From an uncultured Chloroflexia bacterium (GTDB lineage Bacteria > Chloroflexota > Dehalococcoidia > UBA2979), in assembly GCA_963728205.1 (NCBI GenBank), contig CAVSIV010000004.1, positions 128,001 through 192,000 on the forward strand: 64,000 bases of DNA. The letters run 5' to 3'. Positions 19,539-30,630 of this stretch are shown here, in pieces (the stretch's first letter is position 1; every line of letters starts with the position of its first letter). The position numbers and the translations under genes are program-made. Under the pieces are notes generated by a model that did not search any database, had not been told where the DNA came from, and saw only the letters and a program-made list of their open reading frames with translations.

Positions 19539-20201
19539 ATGAACCGGCGGCTGCGATCGGCGCGTGCGCTGCTCGCAGCCGCCGCTGCGTTGTGCGGCGC
19601 CGCGGTCGGCGTGCTGGCGCTGCGACGCGGCTGGTTCCGCGTGGCGGTCGCCGGCGAGAGCATGTCGCCGGCGCTGCGGCCCGGCGACTTCCTCGTGCTG
19701 CGGCGCGGCGGCCCCCCTTCCGGGGCACGGGCATTCGGGCGCATCGTCGCGGCGGAGGCGCCCGGCGGCCGGCTCGTCCTCAAGCGCGTGATCGGCCTGC
19801 CCGGCGAGTCGCTGCGTGTCGGCACGGCCGTGCAGATCAACGGCCGGGTCCTGCTCGAGCCCTACGCGCACGGCGCGACCCCGCCACACCAGTTCCGCGG
19901 ACTGAACCGGCTGGGCGATGACGAATACTTCCTGATCGGCGACGCTCGCGACGCCTCCACGGACAGCCGCGACTTTGGTCCCGTGGCGCGCAGCGCGATC
20001 ATGGGCGTCGTGGTGGGACGCTACTGGCCGCTCGGCCGCGCGTGCCGGCTGCGAGCGCCGGCACGCGAGCTCACCGGCGTCGAGCGCGGGCCGACCCCGG
20101 TGCCGTCCGGCATCATCGGTGCGTCGCGCGGCGTGGTCCCCGTCCGCAACGGCAACCCCCCGGCCGAGCAGCATGTCGACCGAGAATCAGGGGATTCCTG
20201 A
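19539..20201 (+). CDS. sodX: S26 signal-peptidase-like protein, probable Ni-SOD maturation protease
   Basis: VAGESMSPAL, LKRVIGLPG, GDARDASTDSRDFGPV; directly downstream of sodN. Confidence 0.75.
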   Translation: MNRRLRSARALLAAAAALCGAAVGVLALRRGWFRVAVAGESMSPALRPGDFLVLRRGGPPSGARAFGRIVAAEAPGGRLVLKRVIGLPGESLRVGTAVQINGRVLLEPYAHGATPPHQFRGLNRLGDDEYFLIGDARDASTDSRDFGPVARSAIMGVVVGRYWPLGRACRLRAPARELTGVERGPTPVPSGIIGASRGVVPVRNGNPPAEQHVDRESGDS

Positions 20202-20304
20202 CTGCGTCGCCCGGCGCGACCGGGCGACGATGCAGATCGAACCGTGCATCGATCGCTCCTCGCCGGCTCCCCGCCGGCCCGCGAGGCGGCCGGGAGTCCT
20301 GCCC

Positions 20305-21183
20305 ATGACGCCGTCGATCCCTCCACCCGGATACCCGCTGCAGCCCGCGGTCGACGAGCTCGTCACCGAGATCGCCGAGCTGCGACCGCTGCCGGCGATC
20401 GCGGTGCGGATCATGCGGCTCGCCGAGTCCGATCGCTTCAGCGCACAGGAGCTCGCGACGCTGATCACGAGCGACCAGGTGATGACCGCCAAGCTGCTGC
20501 GGCTGGCCAACTCGCCCTACTACGGCTTCGCGCGCCGTATCGGCACCGTGCGCGACGCGGTCGTGCTCGTCGGCTTTCGCGCCGTGCGGTCCGTGGCGCT
20601 CGTGTCGTGCGTGATCGATACGGTTCGCGCGACGTCGAACCTGGACGGCGCGCAGGCGTGGCAGTTCTCGGTCGGCGTCGGCGTGATCGCCGAGACGCTG
20701 GCGCGCGTCGAGGGCGTGGATCCCGAGCAGGCGTTCACCGCGGGGGTGCTCCACAATATCGGCTTGATCGCGCTGGACCAGCACCGGCCGCGCGCGCTGC
20801 GCGAGGTGCTGCACGAGGTGCGCCTGAACGGTCGCTCGCTCCAGGAAGCGGAGCGCGTCGTGCTCGGGTTCACCGACGGCGAGCTCGGCGGCGCGCTGGC
20901 GGAGCACTGGGGGTTCCCCCCGGCGCTCGTCGACCCCATCCGCGACCATGCGGCGGCGCTCGACCATCCGCCGGCGCGCGGCACGCTCACGGCGTGCGTA
21001 CTGCGCGCGCGCGTGCTCGCGCGGGCGAACGGGTTGGCCGACGGCGTCGACCGCGAGCCATCCGCGCCGGCGCCCGACCCCGACTGGCTCGTCCCGCCAC
21101 TCTCAACGGCAATCGGGCGATCCGGCGGTGTCGCCGCCGCGCTGGTACGCGCCGAGGCGTTCTTCGACTCGACGATCGGCTGA
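20305..21183 (+). CDS. HDOD-domain protein 1
   Basis: DQVMTAKLLRLANSPYYG, AFTAGVLHNIG, LAEHWGFP. Confidence 0.88.
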   Translation: MTPSIPPPGYPLQPAVDELVTEIAELRPLPAIAVRIMRLAESDRFSAQELATLITSDQVMTAKLLRLANSPYYGFARRIGTVRDAVVLVGFRAVRSVALVSCVIDTVRATSNLDGAQAWQFSVGVGVIAETLARVEGVDPEQAFTAGVLHNIGLIALDQHRPRALREVLHEVRLNGRSLQEAERVVLGFTDGELGGALAEHWGFPPALVDPIRDHAAALDHPPARGTLTACVLRARVLARANGLADGVDREPSAPAPDPDWLVPPLSTAIGRSGGVAAALVRAEAFFDSTIG

Positions 21184-21349
21184 TTCGCGCTCGCCTGCGC
21201 CCCCCGCCGCGGGCGCCGATGATCACCGCGTACGCGGCGCCAGTGCGCCGCTCCGTCGCCAACGTCTGGCCACGCGGCGGCAGACGTGCCGCCGACAGCT
21301 CGCGGCCGCATGAGCCGCGTTGGTATCGGCGGCGCATCTGCACCCAAGA

Positions 21350-22267
21350 ATGGCGTCGGATGACGTTCCGACGCGGACCGCGGCGCGAAGGGATCGCGAG
21401 ACGGTGACGCTCGCAGAGCAGCAGCCCTCACTCGCCTCGGTCGTGCACGAGATCGCCGAGCTCCGCCCCTTGCCGGGGGTGGCATCAGCGGCGCTGCACA
21501 TCACGGACGGCGACCGCTTCTCGGCGCACGAGCTGGCGAAGGTGATCTCCGCCGACCAGGCGCTGACGGCGAAGGTGCTGCGCCTGTCGAACTCGGCGTA
21601 CTACGGCTTCCCGCGCCGCATCGGCACGGTGCGCGACGCGATCGTCCTGATCGGCTTCCGCGCCGTGCGGTCCGCGGTGCTCGCGTCGTCGGTGATGGAG
21701 GTTCACCGCTCGCCGCGCATGATCGACTACCGCGGTTTCTGGCGGTTCTCGGTGACGGTCGGCGTGCTCGCGGAGGTCGTCGCGCAGAGCGAACGCGGCG
21801 CCTACGAGGAGGCGTTCACCGCGGGGGTGCTGCACAACATCGGACGGCTCGCGCTCGACCAGCACCTCCCCGAGCGCTTCCGCGCGGCCGTCCGGCGCGC
21901 CGAGCAGGAGCAGGTGCCGCTGCACGAGGCGGAGCGCGAACTGCTCGGGTTCACGGACGCGCAGCTGGGCGCGGCGCTGGCACGCCACTGGAACTTCCCG
22001 GGGGAGCTGTGCGACGCCGTCGCAAACCACCCGCTGAACGCGTATGCGATCCCGGACGAGATGGGGTCGCTCACGGCCTACGTGGTGGGCGCGCGCCGCT
22101 TCGCGCGCGCCTACGGGCTATCCGACGGCGTGGAGGTAGCGGCCGCCGGGCCGCCGCCGCGCGAATGGTCGGCGGCGCCGCTCGCCGATGCGCTCGCACG
22201 ATCGGGCGGCATGGACGGCGTCCTCGAGCGCGTGCGCGCCTTCCTGGAGGCGACGATCGCCCCCTAG
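21350..22267 (+). CDS. HDOD-domain protein 2
   Basis: DQALTAKVLRLSNSAYYG, AFTAGVLHNIG, LARHWNFP; start may instead be GTG 21404. Confidence 0.88.
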   Translation: MASDDVPTRTAARRDRETVTLAEQQPSLASVVHEIAELRPLPGVASAALHITDGDRFSAHELAKVISADQALTAKVLRLSNSAYYGFPRRIGTVRDAIVLIGFRAVRSAVLASSVMEVHRSPRMIDYRGFWRFSVTVGVLAEVVAQSERGAYEEAFTAGVLHNIGRLALDQHLPERFRAAVRRAEQEQVPLHEAERELLGFTDAQLGAALARHWNFPGELCDAVANHPLNAYAIPDEMGSLTAYVVGARRFARAYGLSDGVEVAAAGPPPREWSAAPLADALARSGGMDGVLERVRAFLEATIAP

Positions 22268-22359
22268 CGCCCGGCCCGGGGCGAGTGATTACGTCAACGC
22301 GCGTGCGGTCCGCGTCTCCGCAACGGGCGCCCCGCCCCCGTTGCCGCGAGCATGCCCCC

Positions 22360-22388
22360 TTGCACCACGCGTCGCGATTCTGTACAAC
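22360..22388 (+). promoter_or_regulatory. Promoter for groEL
   Basis: TTGCAC-17 nt-TACAAC immediately before the CIRCE. Confidence 0.55.
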
Positions 22389-22390
22389 CT

Positions 22391-24105
<1,715 letters not shown>

Positions 24106-24106
24106 A

Positions 24107-24166
24107 CGATCGGCTGCGCGCAGCCGATCGGGGCCCGGTCCGCGGTGGACCGGGCCCCTCTGTTTT
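24107..24166 (+). terminator. Tandem hairpins terminating groEL
   Basis: Perfect 24-bp palindrome 24107-24130, then GGGGCCCGGTCC/GGACCGGGCCCC stem plus TCTGTTTT. Confidence 0.75.
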
Positions 24167-24184
24167 GCGGAGCGCGGAGAGAGC

Positions 24185-24640
24185 ATGTTCGGCGACAACG
24201 GCATCGTGATCGACATCGGCTCCATGGGAAGCGCCGTGCGCGAAGCCGATGTGATCGTGGTGGGGTTCGAGTTCTGGCCCGAGCGCCTGCTGATCGACCT
24301 GCGCCCGGATCCCGACCGCCAGACCCCTCCGCTGATCGAGATCGTGGATCCGTTGCCCGGCGTGCAGGAGCGCAACATCTGGCTGAGCGCGCGGCGACCC
24401 GGCGTTACCCCGCCCGACCAGTTCCTCTTCTTCACGTGGCCGCACAGCATCGGCTTCCTCGAGGAGTCGCCGCTGCCGCGCGGCGTCGCGCGGCGCGTGC
24501 AGCGCGAGCAGGGGCTCGACGTGCGCGCGCAGATCGGAGACGTGCTCGCGGAGCTCGCGCGCATCGAGGCGCGCGAGGCGCTGGCCGCGGTCCACGGTGG
24601 CGAGGGCTACGAGACGGTGTGGAGTCGCGAAGACCGCTGA
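24185..24640 (+). CDS. Hypothetical protein
   Basis: SD GGAG, typical codon bias, globular composition. Confidence 0.75.
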   Translation: MFGDNGIVIDIGSMGSAVREADVIVVGFEFWPERLLIDLRPDPDRQTPPLIEIVDPLPGVQERNIWLSARRPGVTPPDQFLFFTWPHSIGFLEESPLPRGVARRVQREQGLDVRAQIGDVLAELARIEAREALAAVHGGEGYETVWSREDR

Positions 24641-24768
24641 CCGCAGTGGCGTGCTTCGAGCGGCACCCGGCGAGCGTGCTGAGATGGCGGTGGGCGGCGA
24701 CGCGGCCGCACCGCCCTGCGCGAGCCGCTCAGGGCGGTGCGGCCGCGTACCGCTCGAAGCGACTTCCG

Positions 24769-26256
24769 TCAGGCGACCGTCCACCACGGCTCGACGTTCG
24801 ACTCCGGGTCGCCGCGGCCGACGAACCACGCGATCGCCGCGGCGAGCACCATGACCAGCGCGGCGACGACGAAGACGTCGTGAAACGTCGAGACCTGCGC
24901 TTCCTCCACCAGGCGCCGGAAGTCGGGGCTGTCGAACGGCACGGTGCCCACGCGCGCGTAGAAGCGGCCGAGGCCCGTCGACGTCAGCAGCGACGCGCCG
25001 ACGAGCATCCCGGCGATGCGACAGAGCACGAGCCACGACGACGCGGTCGCGCGCTCGTGCTCGGAGACGCGCTGGAGCACCGCCGTGGCGAGCGGCGCGA
25101 TCACGAGCCCGAAGCCGAAGCCGCCCACCACCTGCGGCAGCGTGCGTAGCCACTGCGCCAGCGGCTCGTTCCACGCCTGCAGCCCGGCGAATCCGAGCGC
25201 CGCGAGCAGCATGCCGGCAGCGGCGGGCACGCGCAGCGGCAAGCGACCGGCGAGCAGCCCGCCGGCGAGCGCGCCGAGCGGCACCCCCACCGTCAGCCGC
25301 ATCAGCGTGAGCCCGCCCTGCAGCGCGGGCTCCACGAGCACGAGGTTGACGAACAGCGGCACGCCGATCAGCGCGGTGATCAGCCCGCCACCCACGAAGA
25401 CGTTCGCGAGGTTGGCGGCGGCGACGGCGCGCGGGCGGAACATCGAGAGCCGCACCATGGGCATGCGCGTGCGCAGCTCGTGCCACGCGAAGACGCCGCC
25501 GATCGCCGCGGCACCCGCGATCATCGCCGCCGTCACACCGAGCGGCCGCGGCGCGTTCGGGTCGTCGACCAGCGCGAACGTGAGCAGCGCGAGCGCCGCG
25601 CCGAGCAGCGCCGCGCCCGGCCAGTCGACGGGGCCGCGACGACCGCCGCGACCGCCGAGCCGCCACACGCCGACGAGCACCGGGGCGAGCATGGGCAGGT
25701 TGATCCAGAACACCCAGCGCCAGCCGGCGAGCTCGGTGATCGCGCCGCCCCACAGCGGCCCGATCAACGCGCCCGCCTCCGCCGCCGCCGCGATCGCGCC
25801 GAGCCCCAGCGCACGCTGCCGGGGCGGCAGCTCGCCGACGACGATCGCCATCGCCACCGGCACCACGCCGCCGCCGCCGATCGCCTGCACGCCGCGCGCG
25901 ATCACGATCGCCTCGAAGCTCGGCGCCACCGCCACCGCCGCGCTCCCGATCAGGAAGAGGCCCACGGCGACGGCGAAGACGCGTGCATGGCCGTATACGT
26001 CGGCGACCCGCCCGAGCAGCGGCAGCGCGACGAGGTAGCCCAGCAGGTAGCTGTTGACGATCCACGACGCGCGATAGAAGTCACTGACCGGCAGGTGGAT
26101 GTCATGCAGGATCGCCGGGAGCACGGTGACGATGGTCGTCTGGTCATCGGCGGCGATGAAGACGCCCGCGGCGATCGCCAGGAGGAGCCAGCGCTGCGTG
26201 CGCGCCACGCGGCGCGGCTCCTCGGCGGGACCGGGAAGCGGGGCCGCGCCGGTCAT
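24769..26256 (-). CDS. MFS transporter (DHA2, 14-TM type)
   Basis: GRVADVYGH, RGVQAIGGG, GPLWGG, WRWVFWINLP. Confidence 0.92.
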   Translation of the reverse strand: MTGAAPLPGPAEEPRRVARTQRWLLLAIAAGVFIAADDQTTIVTVLPAILHDIHLPVSDFYRASWIVNSYLLGYLVALPLLGRVADVYGHARVFAVAVGLFLIGSAAVAVAPSFEAIVIARGVQAIGGGGVVPVAMAIVVGELPPRQRALGLGAIAAAAEAGALIGPLWGGAITELAGWRWVFWINLPMLAPVLVGVWRLGGRGGRRGPVDWPGAALLGAALALLTFALVDDPNAPRPLGVTAAMIAGAAAIGGVFAWHELRTRMPMVRLSMFRPRAVAAANLANVFVGGGLITALIGVPLFVNLVLVEPALQGGLTLMRLTVGVPLGALAGGLLAGRLPLRVPAAAGMLLAALGFAGLQAWNEPLAQWLRTLPQVVGGFGFGLVIAPLATAVLQRVSEHERATASSWLVLCRIAGMLVGASLLTSTGLGRFYARVGTVPFDSPDFRRLVEEAQVSTFHDVFVVAALVMVLAAAIAWFVGRGDPESNVEPWWTVA

Positions 26257-26293
26257 CGCGCGGCCACGGTCGCTGCGGGGAGGTCGGGTCGCG

Positions 26294-27019
26294 TCACTGC
26301 TGCGGCGGCTGGATGTCGATGTTCGCGCCGATGTCGGTCAGCGTGAGCGTGCGCACCAGGTTGGACGGCTCGTTCGCCGTGATCCCGCCCACGATCTCGA
26401 TGCGGTGCACGAGCGGGTCGTCCTTGCCGATCCATGCGCGCGCCTGCAGCTGCTTGCCCGACGACGCGCCGCTCGTGAAGAGCGACAGGGAGCCCGAGTC
26501 GACGGTCGCCTCGACGACCCAGGTGTCCGCGCCGTCGACCTTCTCGCTGCCCGTGATCTTCGGGTTCGTCACGTCGCGCATGAGCGCCGGGACGCCCTTG
26601 GTCGGGTCGAAGAACTGCGCGACCTGCACGTCCTGCCTCTCCCAGCGGCCGGTCAGCGGGTTGGTCACCCACGACTGATCGGGGAGCACGATGATCTTCA
26701 CGGTCGCGCTGATCGGTCCGGCCTGAACGTCGGCGTCGATCGAGAGCCGGTTCGGGCCGGCGACCGCGCCCTTCGCGCTCGTCATCATCAGGCCGTTGAG
26801 GATCTCGGACGCGCCGTTCTGGTGCTCGAGGTCGAAGCGCAGCGACTGCACCTCCGCCATGCGGTCGGCGGCGCGGTGCAGCAGGTCGGCGGGGGTCACC
26901 GTCGGGGTCGGCGTCGCCTTCGCGCCGCTGTGGCAGGCGGTCAGCGCGAGCGCCAGCGCGACCACCGCGAGCAGCGCCAGCGCCCGCGAGGCGACGCGAG
27001 AACGGGCGACCGCGCGCAT
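26294..27019 (-). CDS. LppX/LprAFG-like lipoprotein
   Basis: Lipobox LTAC, PT linker, FFDPTKGVPAL, WIGKDD, C-terminal IDIQPP typical of this LolA-like fold. Confidence 0.75.
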   Translation of the reverse strand: MRAVARSRVASRALALLAVVALALALTACHSGAKATPTPTVTPADLLHRAADRMAEVQSLRFDLEHQNGASEILNGLMMTSAKGAVAGPNRLSIDADVQAGPISATVKIIVLPDQSWVTNPLTGRWERQDVQVAQFFDPTKGVPALMRDVTNPKITGSEKVDGADTWVVEATVDSGSLSLFTSGASSGKQLQARAWIGKDDPLVHRIEIVGGITANEPSNLVRTLTLTDIGANIDIQPPQQ

Positions 27020-28074
27020 CAGCGCACCACCACCACGGGGTCGCCCGGCTCGATGGCACCGACGATCCAGCAGCCGCCGGTCTCGGCCTCGATCCGCGCG
27101 CGCAGCGCCTCCGCCTGGTCCGCGGGGAGCGCGATGAGCAGCCCGCCGGACGTCTGCGGGTCGTAGAGCAGATTGGCGAGCGGCGGCGCGACGCTCTCCG
27201 GCACGCGCGCCCCCGCGCCGAGCTGGTCACGGTTGCGGGCGCCGCCGCCCGTCGTGGCGCCCTCCGCGGCGAAGCGAAGCGCGTCGGGGAGGAGGGGCAC
27301 GGCGGCCGCGTCGATCGCAACGGTGGCGCCGGCGCCGGCGGCGATCTCCTGCGCGTGCCCCAGCAGACCGAAGCCGGTGACGTCGGTCATCGCGCGCACG
27401 CCGGCCGCCCGAGCGAGGTGCGATGCGTGGCGGTTGAGCGCCAGCATCGACTCCACGGCGGCGGCCAGCGCCGGCTCATGGCCGGTGCGCCGCTCCTTCG
27501 CCGCGGTCAGCACCACTCCCGTGCCGATGGGCTTCGTCAGCAGCAGCGCGTCGCCCGGCCGCGCGCCCGCGGTGCGGATGATCGCGTCGGGGTGAACGGT
27601 GCCGGTCACGGCGAGCCCGTACTTCGGCTCGCGGTCGATCACGGTGTGCCCGCCCGCGATCACGCCGCCGGCCTCGGCGACCTTCTGCGCGCCGCCGCGG
27701 AAGATCTCGGCGAGGATGGCGGGGTCCAGGTCCTCGGGGAACGCGACGATCTGCAGCGCCATCGCGACCTCGCCACCCATCGCGTAGACGTCCGACATCG
27801 CGTTCGCGGCGGCCACCTGGCCGAAGGTGAACGGGTCGTCGACAACGGGCGGGAAGAAATCGAGCGTCTGCACGATAGCGAGGTCGTCGGACACGCGAAG
27901 GACCGCAGCGTCGTCCGGCCCGTCGAGACCGACGAGCAGCTGCGGGAAGCGCTCCGGCGGGAAGGCGTCTTGCAGAGGGCGCAGCACCTGCGCCAGGGTC
28001 GCGAGACCCATCTTGCCCGCTCAACCCGCGCAGGAGGCCAGATCCGTGAGGCGAACGATGTCCTCGCGCGTCAT
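27019..28074 (-). CDS. selD: Selenophosphate synthetase with in-frame UGA (Sec18)
   Basis: MTREDIVRLTDLASCAG-U-AGKMG; DDAAV, QTLDFFPP, ANAMSDVYAMGG, TDVTGFGL, DPQTSGGLL. Confidence 0.93.
27978..27994 (-). promoter_or_regulatory. Candidate bacterial SECIS hairpin
   Basis: GGCGCAG-GUG-CUGCGCC at +27..+43 after the UGA, with G opening the apical loop. Confidence 0.5.
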
Positions 28075-28259
28075 GCGCACCATCGTCGCATCGCGCGTGA
28101 AGCCCGTCGAGCAGCGCGCGGGCCGAGCGTCGCGGCAGGCGGCCGTTGCAGGGCGCGCCCGCAGCGGGCGACGATCACGGGCCAATGCGTCGACTTCCGT
28201 GTGATTTGTGGTGTGATCCGATATGGGTTAGAGTTGTGAATCAGGGAGTGGAGGGGCAC

Positions 28260-28652
28260 ATGGCCACGCTGACGCCGTCTCGGCCGGATCACGCCGCACA
28301 CGCGCGCGCCATGCGCGCGGACTTCGCAGAGGTCGTCGGCGCGTTGCGCGCCATCCTAGGCGCGCGGCTGTGCGCGTACATCGGCTCCGTGAAGGAGACG
28401 CGTGCCGTGAACGAGTGGATGAGCGGCAAGCGCGCACCCGGGCCGGACACGCAGCGGCGGCTGCGCGTGGCGCTGCAGATCGCGGATCCCATCGCCGCGG
28501 CGGACGGCGAACGAGTCGCGCAGGTGTGGTTCCAGGGCCTGAACCCCCAGCTGGAGGACCGGTCGCCGGCACGGCTGCTGCGGGAGGGCGACCTGGACGA
28601 GGTCGGCCCCGCGGTGATCGGGGCGGCGCGGGCGTTTCTCGCCGGCGGATGA
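28260..28652 (+). CDS. Xre/MbcA-like antitoxin
   Basis: HTH-like TRAVNEW plus WFQGLNPQLEDRSPARLL; ATGA overlap with the RES gene. Confidence 0.75.
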   Translation: MATLTPSRPDHAAHARAMRADFAEVVGALRAILGARLCAYIGSVKETRAVNEWMSGKRAPGPDTQRRLRVALQIADPIAAADGERVAQVWFQGLNPQLEDRSPARLLREGDLDEVGPAVIGAARAFLAGG

Positions 28653-29338
28653 GCTGCGACTTCGACGCGGTCGAGCCGGACCGGACGGTGTACCGGCTGG
28701 GCCGCACGCCCGATCCCTGGGCGTGGCCCGACTGGAGCCGCGCGGCGCCCGACGGCACGTTCGGCAACCGGTGGGACGACCCCGACGGTGAGTTCCGCGT
28801 GCTCTACGCGGCTTCCGAGCGGGTCGGCGCGTTCGTCGAGACGCTTGCGCGCTTCCGTCCCGACCTGCAGCTGCTCGCGGAGCTCGACGCGATCGATGGC
28901 ACCGCCGACGCGCTGCCTGCCGGCACGATCCCGCGAGAGTGGCTCGACGTGCGGCGGCTCGGCGTTGCGCGCCTCGGCGGCCGCTTTGCCATCGCCGGCA
29001 CGGCGCGCTCGCTCGCGACCGTGCGCGCCGCGCTCGCCTCGAGCGCGATCCGCCACGGTCTCGCCGAGATCGACGCCTCCACGATCCGCGTGGTCGCGCC
29101 GCGCGCGTTCACGCAGGACGTGTCGCGCCACATCTTCGAGTGCGCCGACGCCGACGGCCGCCCGTTCGACGGCATCTGCTATCGCTCGCGACTCGGCGAC
29201 GAGTTCGAGAACTGGGCCGTCTTCGAGAGCGTGCCGCCCGACGAGGCACCCCTGGCGGGCGCGCGCGCCGAGCGGGTCGTGGTGAGTGACCCCGATCTCC
29301 AGCACGCGATCGCGCTGCTGGGGCTGCGCATCGACTGA
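28649..29338 (+). CDS. RES-domain toxin
   Basis: GNRWDDP, VLYAAS, AFVETL, DGICYRSR, WAVFE. Confidence 0.85.
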   Translation: MSCDFDAVEPDRTVYRLGRTPDPWAWPDWSRAAPDGTFGNRWDDPDGEFRVLYAASERVGAFVETLARFRPDLQLLAELDAIDGTADALPAGTIPREWLDVRRLGVARLGGRFAIAGTARSLATVRAALASSAIRHGLAEIDASTIRVVAPRAFTQDVSRHIFECADADGRPFDGICYRSRLGDEFENWAVFESVPPDEAPLAGARAERVVVSDPDLQHAIALLGLRID

Positions 29339-29398
29339 CCCGCCGGCGCTCCGCGTCCGGCCCTGCCGCCCGACGGGGGCGGCCCCTACCATCGCCGC

Positions 29399-30082
29399 AT
29401 GCCGACCCGAGCACAGTCCACGACCCCGCCGCGCTGGACGCCCGCGGAGATCATCGAGCTGCTCGACGCGCGCTACGGCCGCGCGCCGCAGCAGCTGTCC
29501 AACGAGCCGGTGTTCGAGCTCGTGCTGACGCTGCTGTCGCAGCACACTTCGGACCACAACTCCGGCCAGGCGATGCACCGCCTGCTCGAGCGCTTCCCCA
29601 CGTGGGACGCGATCCTCGCCGCGCGCGTCTCCGAGGTGGAGGACGCCATTCGCCCGGGCGGGCTCGCACCGACGAAGTCGAAGCGGCTGCAGGAGCTGCT
29701 CGCGGAGGTGAAGGAGCGGCGACCGGGCTGGGACCTCGCGCTGCTGCGCGACCTGCCGCTGGACGACGCGAAACGCTGGCTCACGAGCCTCCCCGGCGTC
29801 GGCCCGAAGACCGCCGCGTGTGTGCTGCTGTTCTCGCTCGGCCGGCCGGCGCTGCCGGTCGACACGCACGTCGAGCGCGTGGCAAAGCGCCTCGGGCTCG
29901 TCCCGCCGAAGATGCCGGCCGACCGTGCGCACGCGCACCTCGAGGAAACGCTCGAGCCGGACGAGGTGTACGCGTTTCACGTCGACCTGATCCAGCACGG
30001 CCGCCGCACGTGCCACGCGCGCAGGCCGCTGTGCGACGAGTGCGTGCTCGAGCCGCGCTGCCCGCGCGTCGGGGTGAAGTGA
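29399..30082 (+). CDS. nth: Endonuclease III
   Basis: LLSQHTSD, HhH LPGVGPKTA, PVDTHV, CHARRPLCDECVLEPRC. Confidence 0.9.
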   Translation: MPTRAQSTTPPRWTPAEIIELLDARYGRAPQQLSNEPVFELVLTLLSQHTSDHNSGQAMHRLLERFPTWDAILAARVSEVEDAIRPGGLAPTKSKRLQELLAEVKERRPGWDLALLRDLPLDDAKRWLTSLPGVGPKTAACVLLFSLGRPALPVDTHVERVAKRLGLVPPKMPADRAHAHLEETLEPDEVYAFHVDLIQHGRRTCHARRPLCDECVLEPRCPRVGVK

Positions 30083-30096
30083 GCGACGCCCAGGGC

Positions 30097-30630
30097 CTAC
30101 TCCCCCGGACGCAGCTGGGGCTCGCCCAGCATCAGCTCCATCTCGACGGACGAGCGCCAGCGATCGAACTTGCGCCCGGTCTCGCGCTCCGTGCCCACCA
30201 CCTGGTACCCCAGCGCGCGGTGTAGCTCGATGCTCGCTACGTTCTCGGCGTCGATGAACGCCACGATCGCGTGCAGCCCCAGCCCACCCCCGAGCGCCAC
30301 GAGGTGCTCGAGCAGCGCTCGTCCCACGCCGCGGCGCTGGTGCGCGGGGTCCACGAACACCGTGTTCTCGCGCGTGAACCGATAGCCGCGGCGGCCCCGG
30401 TACTTCGTGAGATACCCGAACCCGATGACCTCGCCGCCGGCGTGCGCGGCAATCACGGGCTCCTCATGATCGCGATCGCGCGCGCGGAACCAGGCGATGC
30501 GCTGCTCGAGCGGCCACGGGTCGAGCTCCCAGGTCGCGAACCCTTCCTCGACCTCGCGGTTGTAGATGCGGTTGATCGCGGGGAGGTCCGCCTCCGTTGC
30601 CGGCCAGACCTCGACATCGCTGCGATCCAT
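30097..30630 (-). CDS. GNAT acetyltransferase (Pat/YncA-like)
   Basis: IYN...ATWE, RRGVGRALL, NVASIELH, GRKFDRW. Confidence 0.88.
   Translation of the reverse strand: MDRSDVEVWPATEADLPAINRIYNREVEEGFATWELDPWPLEQRIAWFRARDRDHEEPVIAAHAGGEVIGFGYLTKYRGRRGYRFTRENTVFVDPAHQRRGVGRALLEHLVALGGGLGLHAIVAFIDAENVASIELHRALGYQVVGTERETGRKFDRWRSSVEMELMLGEPQLRPGE

Noticed and set aside
16704-20174. 1317-aa minus-strand ORF and other long Arg/Ala/Gly-rich ORFs (e.g. 111..1817, 52995..55169, most of 58623..61709)
   Set aside because: Antisense or off-frame shadows of real genes, expected at this GC content; only protein-like parts were kept.
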